Shown in pieces: positions 1 to 12,900 of a stretch of DNA of 64,000 bases. The position numbers and the translations under genes were made by a program. This stretch comes from Candidatus Wolfebacteria bacterium GW2011_GWE2_44_13 (GTDB taxonomy: Bacteria; Patescibacteriota; Minisyncoccia; UBA6257; UBA9933). The stretch is taken from contig LCHW01000001.1 in the NCBI GenBank assembly GCA_001000675.1, forward strand, positions 488,875 through 552,874, written 5' to 3'. The notes under the pieces are model-generated. The model saw nothing but the letters and a program-made list of their open reading frames with translations. It made no database searches and had not been told where the DNA came from. Positions within the stretch are counted from its first letter, which is position 1. Each line of letters begins with the position of its first letter.

Positions 1-327
1 AATTCCTCCGAGGTAGATTATCTTCTTTACCCCCATCTTTTTGGCGAATTTTCCTGTTCGACTCGCAAACGCGTGATCCATTGCTTCGAAATCTTTTGCG
101 GCAAGCGAATGCACTAAATACACGAGGACATCAACCCCTTCTAAAAACTCTTCGGTCGCTAAATCATCATATAAATTTATTCGCTTCCATTGCACTCGCT
201 CATGCACTAGGCCGGTTTCTTCTTCTCGCCGATACGACGCAATAACCCGATGCTCTGTGGTAGCTATAAGTTGTGCGATGAGCGCTGATCCCACGCATCC
301 ACGCGCTCCAATGATCCCGATGTTCAT
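1..327 (-). CDS. NAD(P)-binding epimerase/NmrA-like oxidoreductase (partial, C-terminus off window)
   Basis: Minus-strand frame opens with ATG near 327 and continues to the window edge. Translation begins MNIGIIGARGCVGSALIAQL, a GxxGxxG Rossmann motif, followed by a DVLVYLVHS-type segment. Confidence 0.5.
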   Translation of the reverse strand, partial: MNIGIIGARGCVGSALIAQLIATTEHRVIASYRREEETGLVHERVQWKRINLYDDLATEEFLEGVDVLVYLVHSLAAKDFEAMDHAFASRTGKFAKKMGVKKIIYLGGI

Positions 328-332
328 ATATT

Positions 333-1610
333 TTATTCTTCTTCTTTTCGTCCCGCTGTTCGTGCGGCATATTCACCTGCAACATACCCCGTACTCCAAC
401 AGAGTTGTAGGTTGAATCCTCCGGTTGGTGCGTCAATATCAAGCACATCTCCTGCGAGATACAAATTCTTTATAATCTTTGACCCCATGGTTTTTGAATC
501 AACTTCTGCTAAATCGACACCTCCACTCGAAGCAATCGCTTTATCAAATCCAAGTAATCCGATTGGGCTCATACGCAAGTCTTTTAACAATTTAACGAGT
601 TTCAATCTATCCTCACGTGTTATTTCGTGCACTGGCTTATTTGGATTTATTTGCGTCATCTTAATAATCGCCGGGATCAGCTTTCTTGGGAGTAAATCAT
701 CAAGACTATTGCGAAATGCTTTATTTTGGAATTTCTTGAAATCTTTCTGCAATCGCTCGTCAAGCTGTGCAATAGACATCGCTGGCTTAAGGTCGAGCGT
801 TAAGATGACATTATCTGTTTTATTTTTTAACACTTCACCCACACGCTTACTGATATCTAAAATCGCCGGGCCACTCATACCAAAGTGGGTAAACAAAATG
901 TTCCCTGTTCGTGCAGCGTCCTTTTTTCCGTTTACGCGCAGCGTTACCGCTACATTATCCATGCTTAGTCCTTGCGTCAACTTGACCCAGTTATCGCTTA
1001 TTTTTAATGGCACGAGTGCGGGAAATGGATTAAGCACGTGGTGCCCTAGGGCAGTGGCCCATTTTAACCCTTCGCCGGTTGCCCCTGTCTCTGGCCTTGA
1101 GCGCCCCCCTGTTGCAAGTACATATGCACCTGCCTCAACATCTGCTCCTTTCAAAATAAGCTGCGTTAACCGGTCTTCTCGCTTATTAAATCCAGCTGCA
1201 ACCGCCTCTTTAAACACAAACACCTTCCCCTTGCGCATATACTCCTCGAGCGCTTTTAGTACGTCGGCAGCATCATTGGAAACTGGGAATACTCGACTGC
1301 GGTCTTCTACTTTTGTCTTTACTCCGAATCGCTCGAAAAATTCAACTGTTTGTTGTGTCCCAAATGTTGCAAGGGGTGAAAAGAAAAATTTGCCGTTCTT
1401 TCCAAGTTTTTCGACAAACTTTCTTGCATCAGGTTCAGCGTTCGTAAGATTACACCTTCCGCCTCCTGTAATAAGCAGCTTCTTACCGAGCTCAGTATTT
1501 TTTTCAACCAAAATAACTCGTGCTCCGAGCTCTGCTGCGCGTCCCGCTGCCATCATTCCAGCAGGTCCGCCCCCGATAACTGCTACATCATAATAATGTC
1601 TGTTTTTCAT
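333..1610 (-). CDS. HI0933/BaiN-family FAD-dependent oxidoreductase (flavoprotein)
   Basis: 425 aa. N-terminal YDVAVIGGGPAGMMAA dinucleotide-binding motif, an ITGGGRCNLTN motif and a C-terminal GGxxxxxC...WSTGYVAG segment typical of the HI0933-like family. Confidence 0.85.
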   Translation of the reverse strand: MKNRHYYDVAVIGGGPAGMMAAGRAAELGARVILVEKNTELGKKLLITGGGRCNLTNAEPDARKFVEKLGKNGKFFFSPLATFGTQQTVEFFERFGVKTKVEDRSRVFPVSNDAADVLKALEEYMRKGKVFVFKEAVAAGFNKREDRLTQLILKGADVEAGAYVLATGGRSRPETGATGEGLKWATALGHHVLNPFPALVPLKISDNWVKLTQGLSMDNVAVTLRVNGKKDAARTGNILFTHFGMSGPAILDISKRVGEVLKNKTDNVILTLDLKPAMSIAQLDERLQKDFKKFQNKAFRNSLDDLLPRKLIPAIIKMTQINPNKPVHEITREDRLKLVKLLKDLRMSPIGLLGFDKAIASSGGVDLAEVDSKTMGSKIIKNLYLAGDVLDIDAPTGGFNLQLCWSTGYVAGEYAARTAGRKEEE

Positions 1611-1734
1611 AGTTGTATTCTCCTATCCGTGCTTTTAGCGATACCACCCCTGAGCATACCAACATTGAGCATAAAAGCAACTTTTTGTCACATTCTACTA
1701 CGGCAGTATACCATATTTCTTTCGTGGCATCACT

Positions 1735-1762
1735 AAAAACCCTCACGCTGTGAGGGTTTTCT
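1735..1762. terminator. bidirectional rho-independent terminator
   Basis: aaaaaCCCTCACgctGTGAGGGtttt hairpin flanked by A and T runs. Confidence 0.6.
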
Positions 1763-1768
1763 CTATTT

Positions 1769-2152
1769 TTATTTATATTGCTGCGGATTGATCAAGAAAT
1801 CCTTAACTTTCTCCACAACCTCTTTAATTGGATGCTGACTTTTTACGAAGTAATCCTTTGCGCCGAGCGCAATTGCCTGCTTTATATCCTCGTCACCGTC
1901 TAGGTTCGAAAGTACAATAACAGGAAGGTTTTCAAGGTCATGATCCGCCTTAATATCTCGCAAAACGTCTATTCCATCACGTTTTGGAAGCATTAAGTCA
2001 AGTAGAACAAGATCCGGCTTCATTTTTTGAATGATTGGGAGTGCTACTTTTCCATCCATTGCGAGCTCTACCTGGAACTCTTCGGTTTCAAATTTTTCTT
2101 TAAGCACTCTTGCTAGAGCCTCCTCGTCTTCGACGATAACAATTTTATGCAT
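1769..2152 (-). CDS. stand-alone response regulator receiver domain protein (CheY-like)
   Basis: 127 aa. Has the IVEDE acidic pocket, the LVLLDLMLP phospho-acceptor Asp region and a conserved Lys, with no output domain. Confidence 0.85.
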   Translation of the reverse strand: MHKIVIVEDEEALARVLKEKFETEEFQVELAMDGKVALPIIQKMKPDLVLLDLMLPKRDGIDVLRDIKADHDLENLPVIVLSNLDGDEDIKQAIALGAKDYFVKSQHPIKEVVEKVKDFLINPQQYK

Positions 2153-2204
2153 AATTTCAGTATAATCTACCTTTCCTTATTTGTTAAGTATACAGGATAT
2201 CTCC

Positions 2205-3932
2205 TTATTTGTTAATATCCCCGATATCCTCAACGATGTATTTACGAGCTCGGTCAAGATTCGTGCTTATTTTCTTTGCCAAGTACTGGATTTCAGAAAC
2301 TTCCGTTTCGTCGATCTTATCATCTGCATATTTTGCTAAAATACCATCTACATCTTTTTTAATAGTTGCGATTGCATTAGCGATATCTCGTTGTGCGATG
2401 ATTACCTTGCGCGCCTGCTGTGCTTCTTTTAATCGCACGTAGAGCCATGCCGCTCCAAAGCCTCCTAATAATATCACAATCAGTAACGTAAAGAACCAGA
2501 ACTGGGTTATCTCAAGCGATCCTAAAATTAACACAGGGCGCTGTTTCACGGTAACTACCTCAGATGTTACTGGCAAGCTTAATGCGCCCCGTGCATCTTT
2601 TGCAATAACTTCAACGATATATTTCCCTGTCTTAAGCGGCTTATCCATTGATACGGCCCAGCTTCCATGATCATCTGCATGCGTATCAACTAATTGCTCT
2701 ACCTGCCCCCCCTCTGTTCGAACGGAAACACTTATCCCGACATCGGGAATCGCGAACCCAAGGACTTCTAGGTTCCCTTCTCCAACAAAAATATTTCTTG
2801 TTATTGAGGTGATCTTCGGTGCTTCTATCGGTAAAATCTCAAGTGAAAGAATGCTCTCAACGCTATTACCCGCTCGGTCTATTGCTCCAACCTTAACCGT
2901 GTAGAGCCCTGGTTTATGTAAATCAAGTTTATACGGAGATTCTGTGACGTCCTTTACTTCTCCGTTATTTTCTTGAATATAGTATCCTTTTAATCCTGAC
3001 AGTCCGTCACTTGCTGCAAATTCAATCGTAGGATCTGGATGATCAGTTACACCTCCTTCGCGAATTTTTGCCTGAAATGCTGGTGGTGGCGTTAAATCGA
3101 TTGCAATACGATAATGGAGTGTTTGACTCCATCCGACATTATTTCGGAAACGGACGTGCAGATACCACACACCCTCTCCAAGCGGTTGGAAAATTTTATT
3201 ATCGAATAATCCTTCCGATTCGGTAGGAATAAATGTTGGATCTTTATTTACTTCGGTTGCGATAGCTGTGATATCGTTAGACAACTGCCATGATGCAGAA
3301 AATCGAGTTGCAAAGTTGTACCACGCTTCTGGGTCGCGATACCCTGCTACTTGTATTTCTGGCTTTGCCGGTACGCGTGCTGCTGGCTCAGCAGGACGCA
3401 CAATCTGTACTGGCTTAGGTGCTATTGTCTCCAGTTCTGTCGATGGAACGCTTGTAATTGACAACCCCCTCATCGAAGAGAGCACGTTCGTTCCACTTCC
3501 GTCACTTGCAGTTACTGCCCCATCGGTAAAGACGATGTCGGTTTTACCGCTCCCCTTCACTTTGTATGTGATCTTAATGATTTGTAATGATCGTCCGGAA
3601 AATCCGCTCGTTGAACCCCCAAGAAAACTCACTTGCCCCGAATCATTCGAAAATGTCGGTTCGGTAAGCCAAAAATTAAATACAGACCCTGTTTTATCAA
3701 CACTCACAATCTCGAGAACATCCTTTGAAATTTGTACGGTTCCTTGTGCGGCATTCACTCCAACTCCTTCACTGTCCGTTAATACACTTACGGTAAACTG
3801 ATCCCCGATTACAAACGTATCTTTTGTTGTGCTCAACTGCAATGTTGCTGCAGATGCAGCCTGTATTGTTGTAAATAGAAATGCTATGCTCGCAACTAAA
3901 AGTGCAAATTTATATTTCATAACTCGATTCAT
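2205..3932 (-). CDS. membrane-anchored surface protein with N-terminal cohesin-like domain
   Basis: 575 aa. It has a signal peptide, then a cohesin-like beta-sandwich segment (FTVSVLTDSEGVGVNAAQGTVQISKDVLEIVSVD...GQVSFLGG...LQIIKITYKVKGSGKTDIVF). An Ig-like middle domain, a single C-terminal TM helix (FWFFTLLIVILLGGFGAAWLYV) and a coiled-coil cytoplasmic tail follow. Confidence 0.55.
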   Translation of the reverse strand: MNRVMKYKFALLVASIAFLFTTIQAASAATLQLSTTKDTFVIGDQFTVSVLTDSEGVGVNAAQGTVQISKDVLEIVSVDKTGSVFNFWLTEPTFSNDSGQVSFLGGSTSGFSGRSLQIIKITYKVKGSGKTDIVFTDGAVTASDGSGTNVLSSMRGLSITSVPSTELETIAPKPVQIVRPAEPAARVPAKPEIQVAGYRDPEAWYNFATRFSASWQLSNDITAIATEVNKDPTFIPTESEGLFDNKIFQPLGEGVWYLHVRFRNNVGWSQTLHYRIAIDLTPPPAFQAKIREGGVTDHPDPTIEFAASDGLSGLKGYYIQENNGEVKDVTESPYKLDLHKPGLYTVKVGAIDRAGNSVESILSLEILPIEAPKITSITRNIFVGEGNLEVLGFAIPDVGISVSVRTEGGQVEQLVDTHADDHGSWAVSMDKPLKTGKYIVEVIAKDARGALSLPVTSEVVTVKQRPVLILGSLEITQFWFFTLLIVILLGGFGAAWLYVRLKEAQQARKVIIAQRDIANAIATIKKDVDGILAKYADDKIDETEVSEIQYLAKKISTNLDRARKYIVEDIGDINK

Positions 3933-3979
3933 ATTAATGATCTTTTATTATAGTATACCATATGCGTCACTTCTCTGCA

Positions 3980-6900
3980 TTATCTATTTACTACCGATCG
4001 AATAAAGACACTGAAGTCTGAGATGTCTACCTTTCCATCATTATTAAGATCAACCTGTTTTCGTGCTTCAGTATCAGTTGATGCGAATCGCGTTAGGAAA
4101 ATACTCCAATCACCAATATCAATGCCACCATTATTGTTAAGGTCTGCTTGTGTTACGAGTGCACGCGACACCATAAATACTTTTGATGGAGACCAGTCGC
4201 TTTCGATACCATCCTTATCCACTTGCTTCATGCGGATAATGTGACCACCGTATGCAAGACCGTTTGTGTTTACTAGTAATCGATACGTCCCATCATTGCC
4301 CACTTGTGCTTGCGCGGCAACTGGTTGCCCATCGACTTCTGCTCGAATCACGCTTCCTGGCGCGGCAGAACCAGCAATACCTGCGTTATTACCAATAGCT
4401 ACTGTTCGTTGTATTAAGCCTGCCGTTGGCGCAATATACAGGTTCTTCTGCTCGGTTGCCCTTGTTATCTTATCCATCGTATACGTCTTTATCTGCGCAA
4501 CGTTTCCGTCCTTGTCAAGAATTGCCAGCCCGAACGATTCCAGTCCGCGCAATGCTCCTGAGAAGTCAATCGTGAACGTGCCGTCTGCCCGCACCTCTAT
4601 ATTACGTTCCAATGGGATATCTTGGCCACCGATACGAGCAAAGAGTGAAACGCTTGCGCCAGGGTATGCTCTCCCGCTAAAGGTTACTGTCGGGGCGACA
4701 TATACACTACCGCCACCACCACCACCCCCAACCGCTACTTGTCGCACAAAGAACATAACATCCTGTGTCGAGGTTATCGCAAGCGTTGAGGTTGATCCAG
4801 TTAAGCGCTCTAATGACAATTGCACCGTCTCGGCAACGCTGTCAGAAATCGTTACAGTTCCAATACCATCTACTACACTCACAAGCGCACGCCCATCTAG
4901 CTTCATTGGCGACGAAGTAATTGATGATGTACTAAACGCGAGGTATACATCTTCTTGCACCGTCGTATCCAAACCACCATCAGCGTCCTGCGCCTGAATA
5001 ATCACAACTATATTTTCATTCAATCCTGCGTCTGGTGGATCAAGTATAATATACCGGTCTGCCACAACTGGTGCTGCGGTTACTATGAGTGAATCCGATG
5101 CATCAGCAATTCCCGTCGCTCCGTCAGCCGTCGTTGCATTATCTGATGCGGTAATGTCCCATGTACCTGCGTCTTCGTCATAGTACCAGAACGTAGTTGA
5201 GGCAAATCCATTCGCAAGCGTTACAAATGAAATAGAGCTCGTGCCTGTTTCGGTTGCTTGGAATCGTGCGCTTGCACCCGTTGAATTACTGTAGAGATAT
5301 ACAAGGTTACTTCCTGATGTTACGGTATTACCATACTGATCTTTTCTGGTTACCGTATATGGTGTGCTCGTTCCTGCGACGATACTTGCCTGATCAGTGA
5401 TAGTAAATTGAGTCACCGCTCCCGCAGTCCATACAAGCGAAGCCGTATCCGTCACCACCAACCCCGTTCCTTGTGAGTCGGACAGTGCCATATTAACCGT
5501 TTCCGCTACTGTGTCCGTTAATGTGATCGTTCCTTCACCATTTACGATATCAATTAGCGCCTGGCCGTTGGTTAGTCCAGTACCACTCACTGACGTCACT
5601 CCCGTGACCAGTGTTATATCATTTTGATAATTTGTATCAATGTTGCCAAAGTCATCCTGTACTTGAATTGTTACTAATGAAGAATTCCCCGCTGTGATTG
5701 TTAGCGGATCAGGATCCGGATTAAATACAAATCGCGTACCCGTTGCCGTTTGCACCGATAGTACATCGGATGCATCGAGAACCCCTACAGCGCCATCGGG
5801 CGCTGTAGCGTTATCCGATGCAGTAATCGTATGTGCTCCACTCGTCTCTTCGTAGTACCATGCATTCTGTGATGACTGCCCACTGCCAATTGCCACACTC
5901 GTCACTACGTTGCCATTGGTTGCGGCATCGTAGAATGACGTTCCTACTCCAGCGGGATCGGCATACAAATATGCCGTCGTATCGCCCGTAGTTACTAAAT
6001 TATTAAATTGATCCTTACGCACTACGGTGTATTGCACACGGCTCGCTGGATTCATACTAGTACGATCGTTGATCGTAAACTTTGCGATTGCCGCTGCGTT
6101 AATGACAATATCGTCATACCCAATTACAGCTCCTGTTTGCGCAGTTACCTGATATGAATCAGCAACTTCGTTGTAGTACCAGAATTGGCCCACGGCATTC
6201 CCCGAGTCAATCGCGACTGACGTAATTACCGAACTTGAAGTTGCGTTACTACTGTAAAATGTCCCTGGGGTCGTTGTCGGGGTCGCCGAAAGATTAACAG
6301 TTATTGAACCGCTGGTTATTTGGTTGTCATATTGATCGGTTCGCGTAACCGTGTATGCAACCAGATCTCCAGCCGTCGCATTGACCACGTTGTTCAGATT
6401 TAACTTTGCAAATGCACCTACTGCAAATACTACATTCTGTGTCGATGTTGCTACTAAGCCTGTGCTTTGCGTGTCTGATAAGGTAAGCGTGACTGTTTCC
6501 GCAACGGTATCACTTACTTGTGTCGTGCCAACGCCGTTTTCAAGATCTACAAGTACTGGATTTGCCACTGCACTGCCTGTTACCAATAGCGTTACGTCTT
6601 CAGTGAAACTCGGGACTACTTGCCCAAATTCATCTAGCGCACGTACTGTCACCGTAATTGGCGCATCTACGGTACCATCAGTCGGATCAACAATTTCAAA
6701 TCGTACTGCGATTGGTGTTACCAGGATTTCGTTTACTGCATCGTTTATATTTGTATCTCCATCTGGCGTAGTCGCATTATCAGACACCGTTACGGTCGTT
6801 GTTGCTGGCGTGTTGCTGTAAAGCCAGAAGCTGGTCGTTGCATTGCCCGGTGTTAATGTGATCGCAGTTATTTCATTTCCACCTGCATCAGCGTCATAAA

Positions 6901-9900
6901 ACTTTGCCGTGCTTGTCGGGCTCGCATAGAGATACGCTTGTGTTGTGCTTGCGCTTACAAAATTTCCGTACTGATCCTTTCTTCCCGCGACAAATTCCTT
7001 GCGCGTGTTCTGTTCCATGTCACCACTATGTGTCAATGAGAATTGTGTAACCTCACCTGGAGCAAAGACCACATCTTGCGTTGAAGATGCAACGTTCAGC
7101 CCCGTGCCTTGAGAATCTGCAAGTGAGAGGAATACCGTCTCGGCTACTGTATTTGAAATAGTCGTCGTTCCCGAACCATTAACAATACCTACTAAGGTGC
7201 TTGTTGCATTTACTAATCCACCCGTGCTCGATGCAATGAGCGTAACATCGTTTTGATAGTCGGTTATCAGGCGACCTAAGTTATCCTGTGCCTGCACAAC
7301 AACGGTAATTGGCGCATCTACTGTGCCATCAGTTGGATCAATAATTACAAAGCGGGTTGCTACTGCATTTACTGTAAGCGTGCTTGTTGCGTCGTTAATT
7401 CCCGTATCGCCATCAGGTGCTGCCCCGTTATCTGAGGCTGTGATTGTATAGACACCTGGGTCTTCATCATAATACCAAGCCATCGTCGTGCTCGCTCCCG
7501 ATCCAATAATTGCAGAGGTTATTGTATTTCCATTTGTCGCGGCGTCATAAAATACTGCCGATGATGAAGTCGATGTTGTGTAGAAATATACCGTGGTATC
7601 TGGCCCACTGGTCACTGGATTACCGTACTGATCCTTTCGCGTCGTTGTAAATTCTGCGCGATCTCCTACATTAAGCGTTGCCGGCCCCGCAAGCGTGAAT
7701 TGCGTTATTGCACCGTGGCCAAATGTTGCCGACGTTGTCGCAGTCACATCAAGGCCTGTGCTTTGTGTGTCTGCTAATGTAAGGGTGACTATTTCCGCAA
7801 CGGTATTCGATATCGTCGTCGTTCCTACTCCGTTGATGATGTTAATTAATACACTTTCTGGCAATGCCGATCCGCTCACGTTGAGCGTTACGTCGTTTTG
7901 ATAATTTGTTACCACGGTTCCGTTCTCTCGCTGTGCCTGTATCGTTATTGTAATTGGCGCATCAACAGTTCCGCTATATGGATGCCCATTAAATACAAAC
8001 TTTGCTGCTCCACGCGTGATGATAAATGAAGATGTCGCCGTACCTCCTCCTGGAACTGGGTTGATAACCGCAACGGTCGAAGTTCCAAATGCGGTTACTA
8101 GTGATGCCGGGATCGTGGTATTAATAGTAGTCGATGACTGCGTATCTATTGTTAGGGGTGTTCCATCAAACGTAACGGTTGCATCGCTTGCAAATCGACT
8201 CCCGCTAATCGTCAATGAAGTCGTAGCACTTCCCTCCTCAATAGTATTTGGAGAAAGCAGTGTAATTATAGGAGTAGGATTATTTACCACCTGTGAAACT
8301 GTGGCGGAGGTACTTGCGTTGAAGTTGGCGTCACCGTTATATACGGCAGTGATTGAGTGTGCGCCAACAGCTAATGCATCGGTTGCAAATGTCGCAATGC
8401 CACCTGTTAAGGTGCTTGTTGCTAAGTTTGTAACTCCATCTTTAAACGTCACTGTTCCGCTTGGTGTTCCAACTCCGCTCGTCGTGGTGGCGGTGAAGGT
8501 TACTAAATCGCCGTACGTGGACGGATTTAATGATGAGTCAAGTGTGATTGTAATATTTGCTTTGTTAACCGTTTGCAAAACCGCAGCCGATGTACTGGCG
8601 TTGAAGTTGGTATCTCCGTTGTATGTTGCAGTTATGGAATGTGTTGCTATAGAAAGCGTGCTTGTTGCGAGTGTCGCTACTCCATCAGTCAGTGTGCTCG
8701 TTGCAAATGCAACACCCCCGTTTTTAAACGTGACCGTTCCGCTTGGCGTACCTACGCCACTTGTTGTCATGGCGGTGAACGTAACTAAATCGCCGTAGGT
8801 AGATGGGTTCAGCGATGACGCCAACGTAATTGTAATGTTCGCTTTATTTACTGTCTGCAAGACTGCAGCAGAAGTGCTGGCGTTGAAATTGGTGTCTCCG
8901 TTATATACGGCCGTGATTGAGTGCACTCCCACCGCTAACGAAGAGGTTGCAAACGTCGCCACTCCGCCAGCTATTGTACTGGTTGCAAGCGGTGTTGCGC
9001 CGTTGAAGAATGTGACATCGCCCGTTGGAGTTCCCGAGAGTGCTGTTGTTGTTGCAGTGAAGGTTACTAAGTCACCATACGCAGATGGATTTAAAGATGA
9101 GCCTAATGTGATTGTGACCGACTTCTTGTTTACTACCTGTGAAACCGCGGCTGAGGTACTGGCGTTGAAGTTAGCGTCACCGTTATATACAGCAGTAATG
9201 GAGTGAGTTCCTACTAGTAATACATCTGTTGCAAACGTCGCAACTCCCCCAGTTAACGTGCTGGTTGCGAGTGGCGTTGTTTCATTAAAGAATGTCACTG
9301 TCCCGGATGGCGTGTCTACTCCACTCGTTGTCGTCGCAGTAAATGTTACGGAATCGCCGTACGTGGACGGGTTCAACGATGAACCCATTATAATCGTAAT
9401 GTTCGCTTTGTTTACTACCTGTGAAACCGCGGCTGACGTACTGGCGTTGAAGTTGGTGTCGCCATTATATGTTGCGGTGATGGAGTGAGTGGTCGCTGAT
9501 AATGTACTGGTTACAAAGGTTGCAACTCCCCCAGTCATTGTACTGGTTGCGAGCGGTGTTGCACCGTTGAAAAATGTGACGGTTCCGCTTGGTGTCCCTG
9601 AAAGTGCTGTTGTCGTTGCGGTGAACGTGACTGAATCGCTATAGGTAGATGGATTTAATGAAGAGCCGAGCGTGATTGTAATATCCATCTTATTCACCAC
9701 CTGTACTACTGCAGCAGACGTGCTTGCATTGAAATTGGTATCACCGTTGTATACTGCGGTGATTGAGTGTGCGCCGACAGTCAATGCACTTGTTGCAAAC
9801 GTTGCAACGCCACCAGTTAGCGTACTTGTTGCTAAGTTTGTAACTCCATCTTTAAACGTTACTGTTCCGCTTGGCGTTCCTGCTCCGCTTGTAGTCGTAG

Positions 9901-12900
9901 CGGTAAACGTGACCAAGTCGCCGTAGGTGGACGGATTTAGTGATGAATCGAGCGTGATTGTAATATCTGCTTTGTTAACCGTCTGCAAAACCGCAGCCGA
10001 AGTGCTTGCATTGAACATATCGTCGCCGTTGTATGTAGCGGTAATGGAATGCGCACCAACAGTGAGTGTACTCGTTGCAACGGTAGCAACACCTCCGGTC
10101 AATGTGCTCGTTGCAAATGCAACGCCACCGTTTTTAAAGGTAACTGTTCCCGATGGTGTACCCAATCCGCTTGTGGTCGTTGCGGTGAATGTTACTAAGT
10201 CACCGTATGTCGACGGGTTTAGCGATGAAGCTAACGTGATTGTAATATTCGCCTTGTTTACTGTCTGTGAAACTGCAGCGGAGGTACTGGCGTTGAAGTT
10301 AGTGTCGCCGTTGTATGTAGCGGTGATGGAGTGTGCTCCGACAGCCAATGAAGATGTTGCGAGTGTCGCTACTCCTCCTGAAAGTGTTCCATCTCCCAAT
10401 GACACTACGCCATCAAAGAATGTTACTGTTCCACTTGGCGTTCCAAATAGTGCGGTCGTGGTTGCGGTAAAGGTTACTGAATCACCATATGTGGATGGAT
10501 TTAGTGAAGAGCCTAATGTGATCGTTATATTTGCCTTGTTTACCGTCTGCGCAACTGCAGCGGAAGTGCTAGCGTTGAAGTTGGCGTCTCCGTTGTATAC
10601 AGCCGTTATTGAATGCACTCCAACAGTCAACGAAGAGGTTGCAAGTGTCGCAACGCCACCGGTTAACGTGCTTGTCGCAAGCGGAGTTGCACCGTTGAAG
10701 AATGTTACCGTTCCGGATGGTGTGCCAACACTACTTGTCGTGGTTGCGGTGAAGGTAACGGCGTCTCCGTAGGTAGATGGATTTAGTGATGAGTCGAGCG
10801 TGATTGTAATATCTGCTTTGTTGACCGTCTGCGCTACTGCAGCTGAGGTACTGACATTGAAGTTGGTATCACCGTTGTATGTTGCGGTGATCGAGTGTGC
10901 GCCGACAGTGAGGGTACTCGTTGCAACTATAGCTACTCCGCCAGTTAACGTGCTCGTTGCAAATGCAACGCCACCGTTTTTAAACGTCACCGTTCCGGAG
11001 GGGGTTCCTGCTGTCGCAGTGGTTGTTGCAGTAAACGTAACTGAATCGCCGTACGTTGATGGATTCAATGACGACGCCAACGTAATTGTAATATTTGCTT
11101 TGTTGACTGTCTGTGAAACTGCAGCGGAGGTACTTGCATTGAATGTAGCGTCACCGTTGTATGTTGCGGTGATCGAGTGTGCGCCGACAGTTAACGCATC
11201 GGTTAAGAACGTTGCTACTCCAGAAGATAGCGTGCTTGTTGCAAGGGGCGTTGCGCCGTTGAAAAATGTGACGGTTCCTGATGGCGTACCTACGCCACTT
11301 GTAGTAGTAGCGATGAAGGTTACGGAATCGCCGTAGGTGGACGGGTTAAGCGAAGACCCTAATGTAATAGTTATATTTGCTTTGTTGACTGTCTGTGAAA
11401 CTGCAGCGGAGGTACTTGCATTGAAATTTGTATCGCCGTTGTATACTGCGATGATTGAGTGTGCGCCTATGGTAAGCACACTTGTTGCAAACGTTGCAAC
11501 GCCACCCGTTAAGGTACTTGTTGCGAGCGGTGTTGCACCATCGAAGAATGTTGCTGTGCCAGTCGGCGTACTAACGGAGCTTGTCGTGGTAGCGGTAAAC
11601 GTCACCAGATTTCCATACGTAGAAGGGTTCAACGATGAGCCCAGTGTAATTGTAATGTTTGCCTTGTTAACCGTCTGCGATACTGCGGCTGAAGTGCTGG
11701 CGTTAAAGTTAGTGTCGCCGTTGTATACAGCCGTTATTGAATGGGTCGCAACATTTAACGACGATGTTGCAAGTGTCGCAACGCCACCCGTTAAGGTACT
11801 TGTTGCGAGCGGTGTTGCACCATCGAAGAATGTAACTGTTCCCGATGGGGTTCCTGCTGTCGCAGTGGTTGTTGCAGTAAACGTAACTGAATCGCCGTAC
11901 GTTGATGGATTCAATGACGACGCCAACGTAATTGTAATATTCGCTTTGTTGACTGTTTGTGAAACTGTAGCTGAGGTGCTGGCGTTGAAATTAGTGTCAC
12001 CGTTATATACGGCGGTAATTGAGTGTGCACCAACAGTCAATGCACTTACTGCAAACGTTGCAACGCCACCAGTTAGCGTACTTGTTGCTAAGTTTGTAAC
12101 CCCATCTTTAAACGTTACTGTTCCGCTTGGCGTTCCTGCTCCACTTGTAGTCGTCGCTGTAAACGTGACCAAGTCGCCGTAGGTGGACGGGTTAAGCGAA
12201 GACCCTAATGTAATAGTAATATTCGCTTTGTTGACTGTCTGTGATACCGCAGCGGAAGTGCTTGCATTGAATGTAGCGTCGCCGTTGTATGTAGCGGTAA
12301 TGGAATGCGCACCAACAGTGAGTGTACTCGTTGCAACGGTAGCTACTCCATCAGTCAGCGTGCTTGTTGCAAATGCAACACCCCCGTTTTTAAACGTGAC
12401 CGTTCCGCTTGGCGTGCCTACGCCACTTGTTGTCGTGGCGGTGAACGTAACTAAATCGCCGTAGGTAGATGGATTTAGCGATGAGTCAAGCGTAATCGTA
12501 ATGTTCGCTTTGTTGACTGTTTGCAAGACTGTAGCTGAGGTGCTGGCGTTGAAATTAGTGTCACCGTTATATACGGCCGTAATGGAATGCGTTGCTATCG
12601 AAAGCGTGCTCGTTGCTAATGTCGCAACACCACCAGTCAATGTACTTGTTGCGAGCGGCGTTGCGCCGTTGAAAAATGTGACTGTGCCAGTGGGGGTGCT
12701 TACGCTGCTTGTTGTTGTGGCGGTGAAGGTTACTGAGTCTCCATACGTAGACGGATTAAGCGAAGATCCTAATGTAATAGTTATATTTGCCTTGTTTACC
12801 GTAAAGGTTTGTGCATTGCTCACGCCTCCCCCTGGTGTTGGATTGAATACGGTAATTTGTGCCGTAGTAGTCGGCGCTGTCATATCGCTTGCTGGAATCG

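Noticed and set aside
412-1593. 393-aa plus-strand ORF
   Set aside because: It is entirely antisense to the HI0933-family oxidoreductase gene, whose motifs are unambiguous.
4715-4745. CCA-trinucleotide plus C5 tract (encoding GGGGGGG) in the adhesin gene as a phase-variation switch
   Set aside because: It is not a pure homopolymer. The tract is short ((CCA)4 C5) and codes an in-frame poly-Gly linker. There is no evidence of slippage from a single sequence.
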